Shown piece by piece: positions 35,254 to 44,031 of a DNA stretch of 64,000 nt. The first letter of the stretch is position 1, and every line of letters starts with the position of its first letter. The notes beneath the pieces were generated by a model, which saw nothing but the letters and a program-made list of their open reading frames with translations, was not told where the DNA came from and made no database searches. The DNA comes from Candidatus Multivoradales bacterium (GTDB taxonomy: Bacteria; Acidobacteriota; Thermoanaerobaculia; Multivoradales; JAHEKO01): positions 236,015 through 300,014 of the forward strand of contig OZ245024.1 in the NCBI GenBank assembly GCA_965223875.1, written 5' to 3'. Position numbers and translations under genes: made by a program.

Positions 35254-35991
35254 ATGTCAGCCAACGTCCAGTCCCTCCTCGTCGAGCCGATGCCCCGAGA
35301 GCGCCCTCCCGATTTCCTCGACCGCCTGGTTGCCGCCGGGCTCGAGGTCTTCGGCCGCAAGGGGCTTCATCGAAGCCGGATGTCCGACATCGCCGAGGTG
35401 ATGGGTGTTTCGCAGGGAACCCTCTACAACTACGTCGAGAGCAAGGAGGCGCTCTTCGGTCTGCTGGTCGAGCGAGGTGCCGACACCGAGCCCCTCGAGC
35501 TGCCGGACACACTCCCGGTCCGGACGCCGTCCAAGGAGCGGCTCCTCCGGGCCCTGGAGAGGCAGATCCAGCGCAGCTTCGACCTACCCCGACTCGACGC
35601 GGCACTGGAGATCGTTGAGGTCGCCGACGCACGGGCCGAGCTCGAGGGCATCGTTCGGGAGCTCTACTCGCGAACCGAGGCGACACGGGGTCCGGCGGCG
35701 GCCCTCGAGCGATCGGCGGTCGATCTGCCGGAGATGTTCCAGCTCTTCTTTCTCCAGTTTCGCCGCGAATTCTTCGCGCGCATGACCCGCTACGTCACGC
35801 TGCGCATGGCGAGCGGTGCGTTTCGAGAGTTCCCGGATGCGCGTGTGCCGGCGCGCTACATCGTCGAGACGGTGACCTTCTTCGGCCGGCACCGTCATGG
35901 CGATCCGGACGGATCGCTTCTGCCCGACGACGACACGGTTCGCGAGGGCGTTGTCGCCCTGGTCGTCTCGAGCCTGATCCCTTCTCGCTGA
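35254..35991 (+). CDS. TetR/AcrR-family transcriptional regulator
   Basis: N-terminal HTH with RSRMSDIAEVMGVSQGTLYNYVESKEALF. Confidence 0.85.
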   Translation: MSANVQSLLVEPMPRERPPDFLDRLVAAGLEVFGRKGLHRSRMSDIAEVMGVSQGTLYNYVESKEALFGLLVERGADTEPLELPDTLPVRTPSKERLLRALERQIQRSFDLPRLDAALEIVEVADARAELEGIVRELYSRTEATRGPAAALERSAVDLPEMFQLFFLQFRREFFARMTRYVTLRMASGAFREFPDARVPARYIVETVTFFGRHRHGDPDGSLLPDDDTVREGVVALVVSSLIPSR

Positions 35992-36061
35992 GCAGTGTTC
36001 CGATGATGACTCGCTCGGCCCTTTGCCACGCATCTGACTGAGCGCCTCAGTTATTATCGAT

Positions 36062-37312
36062 ATGAGCCAACTCGCCTACCGACTCTCCCTGAGCTCACTG
36101 GTGGCCGTTATGACCGCCGCCGGGATCTGTGGCGGATCCGGGGTGCCGCCTCAGCCCCCTGACCCGAGCCTCGCGAGCCGTAACCCTCCGGTGGAGACGG
36201 ACTCGGCGCTCGCCGCGTACTACCTCGAGGCGTTCGGTCGAGGCGACGTCGCCGATCCCGGTCTGGACGCGTGGATAGCCGGGCTCGAGCGCGAGGCCAG
36301 ACGGACTCCGATGACCCAACGGTGGTTGCGCGCTCTGTCACGGGAGACCTCGGTCGACTTCGCCGCGACCCTGTTCGCGCGCACCCTGGGCAGGCGAGCA
36401 GAAAACCGCGCCCTGCAGGCCGGATTCAGGGACCTGCTGGATCGCTCGAGAGAGGACCACTCACGGTCGCTGGTGGGGAATCTTCCCGGCGACTCCGCCC
36501 TCACGGTACTGTTCGTTCCGGGTTGGCTCTACCGAAGTCACCCTGAGAGCGGCGCGAGCTTGGCGCCCCAGATCGAGGCCCTGCGGAGACTCGGCATCTC
36601 CACCCGGCTGGCTCCGGTCGGCGAGAACGCTCCGGTCGCCGTGAATGCCGCGATCGTCCGGCGATCGATCGTCGATCTCACAGCGGCCGGCCGCCGGATC
36701 GTCGTCGTCAGTGCCAGCAAGGCCGGAGCCGAGGTCGCGAGGGCTCTGCGCTCGCTCACGCGGACGAGGCGGGTTGGCGGTGTCAGTGCGTGGATCAACA
36801 TCGGTGGTGTCCTTCGGGGCACGCCGTTGGCGGACGCGGCACTGCGTCGACCGAAGCGATGGCTGGTCGGGGCGCTCCTCGCCCTTCGGGGACACCGACT
36901 CGCCGGTCTGGAGAGTCTGCGGATTGGGACGGAGTCCTCGGTCGGCGTACCCGGCGAGATCTCCAACACGGTCTTCATCCTCAACTACCTCGGCGTTCCC
37001 CTGTCGGGGAGTGTCGGCCGCAGGGCGCGCTCCGGCTACCGACAGCTTCGTGACTTCGGCCCGAACGACGGGCTGATGCTGCTCTCCGACGACAATCTGG
37101 CTCCCGGACCGACGGTCGTCGCGTTCGGCTCGGACCACTTCCTGCGCAGCCATCCGCAGGAGGCTCAGACCCTGGCCCTGTTGCGCCTGACGATCGATGC
37201 CCTTCGCGAGCGTGGTGCATCCGGCAGCGAAACCGAGCCGGCGTCCGCGGCGCCGGCCCCTTCCATCGATCATCAACCCCATCAGACAGCTACAGAAGGA
37301 GACCCAAGATGA
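36062..37312 (+). CDS. putative lipoprotein / possible alpha/beta-fold protein
   Basis: Signal with a lipobox-like AAGIC. 416 aa. No clear catalytic motif. Confidence 0.45.
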   Translation: MSQLAYRLSLSSLVAVMTAAGICGGSGVPPQPPDPSLASRNPPVETDSALAAYYLEAFGRGDVADPGLDAWIAGLEREARRTPMTQRWLRALSRETSVDFAATLFARTLGRRAENRALQAGFRDLLDRSREDHSRSLVGNLPGDSALTVLFVPGWLYRSHPESGASLAPQIEALRRLGISTRLAPVGENAPVAVNAAIVRRSIVDLTAAGRRIVVVSASKAGAEVARALRSLTRTRRVGGVSAWINIGGVLRGTPLADAALRRPKRWLVGALLALRGHRLAGLESLRIGTESSVGVPGEISNTVFILNYLGVPLSGSVGRRARSGYRQLRDFGPNDGLMLLSDDNLAPGPTVVAFGSDHFLRSHPQEAQTLALLRLTIDALRERGASGSETEPASAAPAPSIDHQPHQTATEGDPR

Positions 37313-37956
37313 CAGTCAATCGATCTTTCACCATCCTCACCCTGATCCTGATGCTCGCCGGCCCGTCGTTGGCTGCGGGCGAAGAGCACAGATTCCTCGC
37401 TGGAGCCTCCTACGGACTCGCGAAGCTCACCCATGGAGCCGCATCCATCGACGACGGCTCGCTCAGCGGGGTGAGGGTCGACGACAGTGACACCGCCTGG
37501 AAGCTCTTCGCCGGCTACCGACTCGATCGGCACCTGACGGTCGAGCTCGGCCTGGTCGACCTCGCCAACGACGTGGACGGCGAGACCACCTTCAACGGGA
37601 CCTCCGATGGCGGTGGGAAGCTCTTCGCCGCGGGACCGGTCAGCGTCGACATCGACGATCCTCGGGCGCTCTACGCCGCGCTGTCGGCGGGCTTCCCCCT
37701 GGGTGAACGCCTGCGGGCCATGGCGAAGCTCGGCGTCCAGACCTGGCGGGCCGACGTGTCGACGATCGACTCCGCCGGAGCGTCCTCGCGCGATGAGTCG
37801 GGAACCGACCTGCTCGTCGGTCTAGGTCTCGAGCTCGGCATCGGCGGTCGATACCGGGTGCGGGTCGAGTGGGAGCGGTTCGCCGACATCGCCGGTGACG
37901 ACATCGACGTCGGCTCGATCGGTGTCGCAGTGGGCTTCGGCGGATCCGTCGGGTAG
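37309..37956 (+). CDS. outer-membrane beta-barrel protein (OmpA-like/OMP_b-brl family)
   Basis: Signal peptide and alternating amphipathic beta-strands (AWKLFAGYRL, GIGGRYRVRVEWERF). C-terminal aromatic-rich terminal strand. ATGA overlap with the upstream gene. Confidence 0.6.
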   Translation: MTVNRSFTILTLILMLAGPSLAAGEEHRFLAGASYGLAKLTHGAASIDDGSLSGVRVDDSDTAWKLFAGYRLDRHLTVELGLVDLANDVDGETTFNGTSDGGGKLFAAGPVSVDIDDPRALYAALSAGFPLGERLRAMAKLGVQTWRADVSTIDSAGASSRDESGTDLLVGLGLELGIGGRYRVRVEWERFADIAGDDIDVGSIGVAVGFGGSVG

Positions 37957-38026
37957 GGCGCCCCTGTCGACGTCCCGGGTCGGCGGCGTGTTTCTTCGAT
38001 GTCGAAGGCACGCCGTCGACAGTGGC

Positions 38027-39109
38027 TCACGGGGCCCGGCCGGGATCGAGGACGAAGAAGTCGTAGACGGCGCGGGCGATTTCGGCGATCACCGGCTCCA
38101 TCGCTTCGTTGCTGGGGAGCTCGGACTCCTTGATGAAGACGACACACACGACATGCCCGGCGTCCCCCGGCAGTTCGATGATTCCGACGTCGTTGGTGGT
38201 CTGGCCGATCGTCCCGGTCTTGTGCGCCACCCGCGTGCCGGCCGGAAGGGCTCCCTTGAGGCGAGCTTCGCCGGTGCGGCAGCGATACATGATGTCGAGG
38301 AGGAGTCGCGAGCTCTCGGACGAGAGGATCTCCTCGGCCCAGATGCCCCGCAACAGGTCCAGCATCGCCTCGGGGGTCGCCGTGTCCCGCGGGTCCGCGT
38401 TGAACGCCCGGTTGAGTGAGGCGACCTCGTCGGTGGCCAGGCCGCTCAGCCGTCCGGCGTCGACGAGGTCGTCGAACTCCGCCGGCGGTACCGTAGCCTC
38501 TCCGTTGGAGCGGGCCCTACCCAGCCAATTGGCGATGATCCAGCGCGTCGTCCGGTCGACCCGGATGCCGTCGACACCCGAAGCGACCATCCGGGCGGTG
38601 ACCACCTCGCCTCCACCGGCGACCTCGAACAGCAGATCGGTGGCGATGTTGTCGCTCGCGCGCAGCATCAGCTCGAGGAGGTTGCGGATGGTCAGTTGCG
38701 CCCCGGGGATGAAGAGGTAGTCCCGGATCGGTCCGTGGGTGTCGACGATGTCGTCGGTTTCGATGGTCACGAGGTCGTCGAGACCCAGCGTGCGCGCGTC
38801 GACTCGCGACAGAACCTCCACGGCGATGGGGACCTTGTAGGTACTCGCCATCGGAAAGGCGATTCCCGCCTCCAGGACCAGCGAGCGTCCGCTCTCGAGG
38901 TGATGCACGCCCACTCCGACGACGCCGGCCGCCGGCTCCGCGAGGCGCTCGATCTCGGCCGCTAGCCGACTCAGACCCGGATCGTCCGGCGGCGCCAGGT
39001 GGGTGGACCCGGAGATCCCCGGAGCCCCGGAGGCGAGGGAAACGAGGAGCGGCAGCGCGCAGAGACAGCCGATGAGGATGGGTGCGAGCGCAGGGCGGCG
39101 AGCCGTCAT
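38027..39109 (-). CDS. class A beta-lactamase-like serine hydrolase
   Basis: SxxK (MASTYK), SDN (RASDNIA) and KTG (HKTGTIG) motifs. Signal peptide at the moved start (MTARRPALAPILIGCLCALP). Confidence 0.75.
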   Translation of the reverse strand: MTARRPALAPILIGCLCALPLLVSLASGAPGISGSTHLAPPDDPGLSRLAAEIERLAEPAAGVVGVGVHHLESGRSLVLEAGIAFPMASTYKVPIAVEVLSRVDARTLGLDDLVTIETDDIVDTHGPIRDYLFIPGAQLTIRNLLELMLRASDNIATDLLFEVAGGGEVVTARMVASGVDGIRVDRTTRWIIANWLGRARSNGEATVPPAEFDDLVDAGRLSGLATDEVASLNRAFNADPRDTATPEAMLDLLRGIWAEEILSSESSRLLLDIMYRCRTGEARLKGALPAGTRVAHKTGTIGQTTNDVGIIELPGDAGHVVCVVFIKESELPSNEAMEPVIAEIARAVYDFFVLDPGRAP

Positions 39110-39134
39110 CGCGGTGTCCGACAGAGGCGCGGAC

Positions 39135-39620
39135 TCAGCGGGACGATTCGCGCGCCGGCAGGTCGATCTCGGCGCCGGTGCCGTAGAGCTGGACGATTCG
39201 GTAGGGCCCGTCGCCGATGGTCTCCGGGTCGAAGTCGCGACCCTCCTCGTCGGCGACATGGCGCATCCAGGCGACGTAGCGGTCCCGCTCCATGTCGATG
39301 ATCTGGACCTTGCCCTCGGCCGTGGCATCGTGTCCGATAGCTCGGTCCGGGAAGACGATCACGCCGTCGTCGACCTTGACCCGGAGCGAGGTGCCGTCGG
39401 CCGCTTCCAGGTCCATCCAGCAGCCCTGCATCGAGCAGACCCCGTCGACCGTGCCTTCGACCCTCACGGTGCGGCCCTTCCAGGCGTCGGGGTCGGCGAC
39501 GATAGAGGCGATCTCGGTCGTCTCGAGATCGGGATCGAGAGGTTCTCCGAAGGTCGATGTCTCGGCGTAGGCGACAGTGGTCAGGAGGGCGGCGAGCAGG
39601 AAGATCGTGGTCGGTCTCAT
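39135..39620 (-). CDS. DUF4920-family secreted protein
   Basis: Signal peptide and the conserved CSMQGCWMDL motif. Confidence 0.6.
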   Translation of the reverse strand: MRPTTIFLLAALLTTVAYAETSTFGEPLDPDLETTEIASIVADPDAWKGRTVRVEGTVDGVCSMQGCWMDLEAADGTSLRVKVDDGVIVFPDRAIGHDATAEGKVQIIDMERDRYVAWMRHVADEEGRDFDPETIGDGPYRIVQLYGTGAEIDLPARESSR

Positions 39621-39895
39621 GGGGGGATTCTAGCGCTTCTCGGTCGCTACCAGCCCGCGGCCCAGGGGTGAAACGTGATGCCGATCGACCAGCCCTCGAA
39701 AGCCTCCGCCTTCGTGTAGCTGAGGCTCAGGCCAACGGCCTTCGGAAACAGGCTGCGCATTCTGGAGGCGTCCGGCCCCGGAGCTCCGACGGCGGCCAGA
39801 ACTCGCATGTTGAGCTCGGTCATGGAGGCCGCGTCGAACTCGCACCCGGTGGCCGGGATTGTCATCGCTACCGAGCATGCTATGTTCCCATTCCC

Positions 39896-40756
39896 ATGAC
39901 AGCGGGTGTGGATCGTGTGACCGTCGAGTCGGCCGACGCGACACGGATTCACGTCTCGGTCTTTCCGGCCATCCACCCGGTCGCGGCCCTCGTCGTCGCG
40001 CATGGGCTCAAGGGCCATGCCGGGTGGCTCGAGGCGTCCGGAACGGGACACTACCTGGCGGAGAAGGGGATCGTCACCTTCGCCTACGATCGCCGCGGCT
40101 CAGGGCGCAGCGCGGGCGAGAGAGGTCATACCGATCGCCGTCGCTTCTTCTTCGACGACCTGCGCTCGATCCGGAGCCTGGTCACCACCGAGCTGGTGGG
40201 GCGCCGGAGCGCCGAGGCCCCCGTTCACCTTCTCGCCCACTGCTTCGGAGCCCGGATCGCCTTGCCCTATGCCCACCGGCACCCGAAGGACTTCCAGTCG
40301 TTGCTGCTGGCCTCGCCGGCCACCCACATGCAAAAGAGCCGGGACTGGGGACTGCTCGATCGGATCAGGATCCTGACCGCTCCGTCGAGTCGCCGCTTCG
40401 AGATCCCCATCGGTGACGAGGACTTCGTCGCCGACGGCGTCTGGCTGGACTGGGTCCGGCGCGACCACCGGACGCTGCGGGCCTGCACGGCGGGCTTTCT
40501 GCGATCGGCCTCGGCGCTGGTCCCGGAGATGAACACGGCGATCGGTGAGCTCGAGCACCCTCTGCTCCTGCTCACCGCGTCGGAGGATCGTCAGGTGCGA
40601 AACGATGAGATCGAGCGGGCGTTCTCCAGTCGCTACAAGGGGCCGTTGCGGCACGTCGAGCTGCCGGGAGACCATCAGGTGGACTTCACCGGCTCGCAGG
40701 AGGCCTATCGCCGGGCTCTCGTCGAGTGGATTCTCGGTGGCTGGAATGCTCCCTGA
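39896..40756 (+). CDS. alpha/beta hydrolase (lysophospholipase-like) with Cys at the nucleophile-elbow position
   Basis: HG oxyanion motif VVAHGLKGHAGW. Elbow LLAHCFGARIAL (Sm-x-Cys-x-Sm) in place of the usual GxSxG. Start moved to MTAGVD. Confidence 0.65.
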   Translation: MTAGVDRVTVESADATRIHVSVFPAIHPVAALVVAHGLKGHAGWLEASGTGHYLAEKGIVTFAYDRRGSGRSAGERGHTDRRRFFFDDLRSIRSLVTTELVGRRSAEAPVHLLAHCFGARIALPYAHRHPKDFQSLLLASPATHMQKSRDWGLLDRIRILTAPSSRRFEIPIGDEDFVADGVWLDWVRRDHRTLRACTAGFLRSASALVPEMNTAIGELEHPLLLLTASEDRQVRNDEIERAFSSRYKGPLRHVELPGDHQVDFTGSQEAYRRALVEWILGGWNAP

Positions 40757-41369
40757 GTCGCGCCAGCGACGGGGTCGGCGTCGGGACGTCGCCGGCAACG
40801 TCGCAGGGGCCATCGTCCTGCTCCTCGTCCTCGCCTCCTGTGAGGGCCGGCCGAGCGACGGGACCGAGGCTCCGGGGGCGACCTCGGAGTCGCACCGGTC
40901 GCCCGCTACCGAAGCCGAGCTGTCGACGATGACCTTCGTTGGAGTCGGAGAGGACCCGGTCACCCTCGTCGACGGCCACTGGGAAGGCGAGCCCTTCGTC
41001 GAGGGCGGCGCCTCCCGGCCGATGGTCGGCCTCTCGGACTTCCGGCTCTTCGGCGACGTCGACGACGACGGCGACGACGAGGCGATCGTCGTTCTGTGGA
41101 CGACCTCGGGCGGCTCCGGAACCTTCGACTACCTGGCCGTGGTGGACCGGCGTCCGGCAGGCACGCTCAACCTGGCGACCGCGGAGTTGGGAGACCGGGT
41201 GAAGCTCCGCGACGCCCGGGTGACCGACGGACGTATCGTCCTCGAGACGCTCGAGGCGGGTCCTGGTGACGCCATGTGCTGCCCCGGCCAAAGACGCAGG
41301 CGTACCTGGGAGCTACGCGGCGAGGAGCTGGTCGAGGTGGCGAACGAGGACCTGGGGCGTGAGGACTAG
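40749..41369 (+). CDS. hypothetical lipoprotein
   Basis: Lipobox LLVLASCEG. Acidic repeat-containing periplasmic protein. Confidence 0.45.
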   Translation, partial: LPESRQRRGRRRDVAGNVAGAIVLLLVLASCEGRPSDGTEAPGATSESHRSPATEAELSTMTFVGVGEDPVTLVDGHWEGEPFVEGGASRPMVGLSDFRLFGDVDDDGDDEAIVVLWTTSGGSGTFDYLAVVDRRPAGTLNLATAELGDRVKLRDARVTDGRIVLETLEAGPGDAMCCPGQRRRRTWELRGEELVEVANEDLGRED

Positions 41370-41401
41370 TGGTGGCTCGCCAGGGGGCGTGAAGGCTCGG
41401 C

Positions 41402-42583
41402 TCAGGTGCTCTTCCACCACCAGCGGGGCGCGTTTCTCGAGCCGCCATCGAGAAGTTCGTCGATCCTGAGCATCAGTCGTCGCAGGAGACTCCCCATCAG
41501 ACGGAAGCGGATCCTCTCGATCCATCGCGGATGGTCTCGGTTGTAGGGACAGACACGAATGCAGATCGAGCAGTCGGTCATCTGGGTGACCCAGAAGCCG
41601 AAGCACTTCTCCGCGTCCGTCGTCCACTTCTCCACTCCGGTGACGTTGGAGGTGTTGTGGATCTCCTCGCTGGGCGCCGTTCCGGCGATGGCGCTCGGCG
41701 GGCACTCGTCGGTACAGCGCCGGCAGATCTCGCAGAACTCCCTGACTCCGAAGCGGATCGGCTGGTCGTGCGCCAGCGGGAGGTCGGTGAAGATCTTGCC
41801 GATGCGCAGCCGCGGGCCCATCCCGGGTGCGATGAGCAGGCCGTGGCGGCCGTACTCGCCGAGCCCGGCCTTGATGGCGTAGGGAATGCTCGGGCCGGTG
41901 TCGTTCATGCTGGCGTAGGCGCGGTAGCCGAGGTTGCGAATGTACTGGGCGAGCGCCAGGAGCGTCACCACGTCCATCGAGTACCCGACGCCGGTCGCTG
42001 TACCGCTCAGGGCCGACGGGACCGTCTTGAGCAGGTCGTGGTCCATCTCGTGACAGACGACGATGACCGAGGTCAGATCATCGCCGAGGTCCATCGGGAT
42101 CTCGGCGTCCCTGGAGCGGCTGTAGCTGTGCGAGTAGACCCAGCGCTCGTCGTAGTAGGTGATCCCCACCAGGTCGGCTCCGAAGAGGCGGGCGGCCTTC
42201 TTGATCTCGTGCGACATCACCTTCGGGTCCTCGACCACGCAGCGCTCCCGGGCGCCGACGCGATGGGCCGTGAGGTAGTCGAGGAAGCCCTCGCGTCGAT
42301 CGTCTTCCTCGAGACGTTCGGCGAAGAAGTCGGCGACGTGCCAGCCGGCATTGCGCAGGGCGAAGTCCTTCTGCGCGTAGCCGTCGACCAGGCGCCACTC
42401 GCGTAGCGGTCGCCTGTAGGACTCGTAGAAACGCTCGGCCGCCGGAGTGTGGATCTCCTCGTCCCAGAACGAGCGGCAGAAGATGTCCCTCTTCTGGCTG
42501 AATCGGGAGTAGCGCTCGCTCACCCGGAAACCGGCGTCGGCATCCGAACCGCAACCACCTTCGCAGGTCGTACAGCGGCTCAT
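41402..42583 (-). CDS. reductive dehalogenase / QueG-superfamily (cobalamin-type) double 4Fe-4S protein, cytoplasmic form
   Basis: Two C-terminal ferredoxin motifs: CEICRRCTDECP (Cx2Cx2Cx3CP) and CSICIRVCP (Cx2Cx3CP). There is no Tat signal. The start ATG overlaps the stop of the upstream DltD-like gene (ATGA). Confidence 0.45.
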   Translation of the reverse strand: MSRCTTCEGGCGSDADAGFRVSERYSRFSQKRDIFCRSFWDEEIHTPAAERFYESYRRPLREWRLVDGYAQKDFALRNAGWHVADFFAERLEEDDRREGFLDYLTAHRVGARERCVVEDPKVMSHEIKKAARLFGADLVGITYYDERWVYSHSYSRSRDAEIPMDLGDDLTSVIVVCHEMDHDLLKTVPSALSGTATGVGYSMDVVTLLALAQYIRNLGYRAYASMNDTGPSIPYAIKAGLGEYGRHGLLIAPGMGPRLRIGKIFTDLPLAHDQPIRFGVREFCEICRRCTDECPPSAIAGTAPSEEIHNTSNVTGVEKWTTDAEKCFGFWVTQMTDCSICIRVCPYNRDHPRWIERIRFRLMGSLLRRLMLRIDELLDGGSRNAPRWWWKST

Positions 42584-43758
42584 GGCGTGCCCTCAGTCCC
42601 TACGCTCCGGGTCGGGTCGGCCTCCGCGTCGGAGATCGGGAGTGAGGGAGCCATTCGTTGGGCCAGCTCCGCCATCACCCCGTCGGTGGCGTGCTCGTTG
42701 AGGTGGTGGTCGTAGCGGCCGGCCTGCCAGAGGGGCTCGGTGATCGGAATGAGCTCGAGGTCGAGGCTCTCCGTCAGCCGGTCGATGTTGTTCCAGAACT
42801 GCTCGGAGCTGGCCTGGTAGAGCCGCTCGCCGACCCGGTACACACCGTCCATCTCGGAGGTCTTGTCGCCCTTGTCGACGGCCATCAGGGTGAAGCCAGC
42901 ACCCGCCTCGCCGGCCGCGGATCGCATGGCCAGCAGCAGCTCGCGAGTGAGGTCGATGCCGTAGAGGGTCCGCGGACTGGCCGGCGCCAGCCTGAGAGCG
43001 CGATCGTTCTTCTCGATGGCCAGCCCCTCCGGCAACAGGAGGCCCTGGGCGGCGAGCTCCTCCCACTCGTTGCGTACGGTCTCTCCGGCTTCGAGATCCC
43101 GCTCGGAGAGCGGTTCGTAGGCGGCCGGCAGATAACGCCGTGCCCAGTCGGCGTCGGGTGAGGTCCCGAGCGCCAATTCGAGAAGCGCCCGCAGACGCAG
43201 GCGGGGACTGACGACCTCCCTCATCGTGTGGTTGGGGCCGGCGAGACGCCCGGCGTCGAGCCAGAAGGTCGGCTTCGGCCGGCCATCGATGGGCATGAAG
43301 GTCGGCCAGGTGTTGTCCTTGACGTCGTTGTTGAGGGTCAGCCAGGCGACGACGTGGTCGGCCCGGAAGCGCCGCAGATAGCGCCGCAGCGCGAGGTACT
43401 CCTGGTCCTGCCCGTAGCCGCTCGCGCCGACGCTGAAGACCCGCACCGATCTGCCGATGGCCAGCGACAGATGGTGCTCCAACCGTCGTTCCGGCATCCA
43501 GTGATAGGAGCACGCCTTGGCTTCGACCTGGGAGTCGCCCACCAGCAGCACCACGAAGTCGTCGTCGGTGAACTCGATCGGCTGGCCCCGGTAGCCCATC
43601 TCGTTCTGCTCCACCGCGAGATGAGTATTGAGCCACCCGGTGCGGACCGGCGGGGGCCGGTCGAGCAGTCGCAGACAGACCTCGGCGATGGCGAGGGCGA
43701 AGACGACGCTCGCGAGCGCCAGTGCCGATGTAAGGAATGTCCGTTTCAGGCGGTTCAC
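42580..43758 (-). CDS. membrane-anchored SGNH/GDSL-like hydrolase (DltD-like)
   Basis: N-terminal TM anchor (LTSALALASVVFALAIAEV) followed by block I LLVGDSQVE. The start is uncertain: the GTG at 43758 was chosen to avoid a 91-nt overlap with the carrier protein gene. Confidence 0.55.
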   Translation of the reverse strand: MNRLKRTFLTSALALASVVFALAIAEVCLRLLDRPPPVRTGWLNTHLAVEQNEMGYRGQPIEFTDDDFVVLLVGDSQVEAKACSYHWMPERRLEHHLSLAIGRSVRVFSVGASGYGQDQEYLALRRYLRRFRADHVVAWLTLNNDVKDNTWPTFMPIDGRPKPTFWLDAGRLAGPNHTMREVVSPRLRLRALLELALGTSPDADWARRYLPAAYEPLSERDLEAGETVRNEWEELAAQGLLLPEGLAIEKNDRALRLAPASPRTLYGIDLTRELLLAMRSAAGEAGAGFTLMAVDKGDKTSEMDGVYRVGERLYQASSEQFWNNIDRLTESLDLELIPITEPLWQAGRYDHHLNEHATDGVMAELAQRMAPSLPISDAEADPTRSVGTEGTP

Positions 43759-43777
43759 GGTAGGGGGAGCGAGCGTT

Positions 43778-44025
43778 TCAGCACCCGCCGGCCGTGGAGG
43801 ATTTCGCGTCGACGAAGCGTAGGATCCGCGCGACGCTGTCGAGATTCTCCAGCTGGACGTCCATCGCACCGACCTTGATCCCCTCGGTCGACTCGATGAA
43901 GTTGATGAGCTCGACCATGCTGAACGAGTCCAGAAGCCCGTCGGAGAAGAGAGGAGCGTCGTCGTCGAGCCCGTCGGCCTCGATGCCGAAGCGCTCGGAA
44001 AGATACCGACGGAGCTCGTCTCGCG
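43778..44025 (-). CDS. acyl/D-alanyl carrier protein (DltC-like)
   Basis: 82 aa. Phosphopantetheine-attachment motif LFSDGLLDSFSMVELINFIE. Confidence 0.7.
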
Positions 44026-44031
44026 TCAGGG

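Noticed and set aside
41402-42583. Assignment of the double-4Fe-4S protein as epoxyqueuosine reductase QueG
   Set aside because: QueG places its Fe-S motifs mid-protein, followed by a long HEAT-like C-terminal domain. Here both motifs lie within the last 100 residues, with a 290-aa N-terminal core, which is more RdhA-like. This is not fully excluded without an HMM search.
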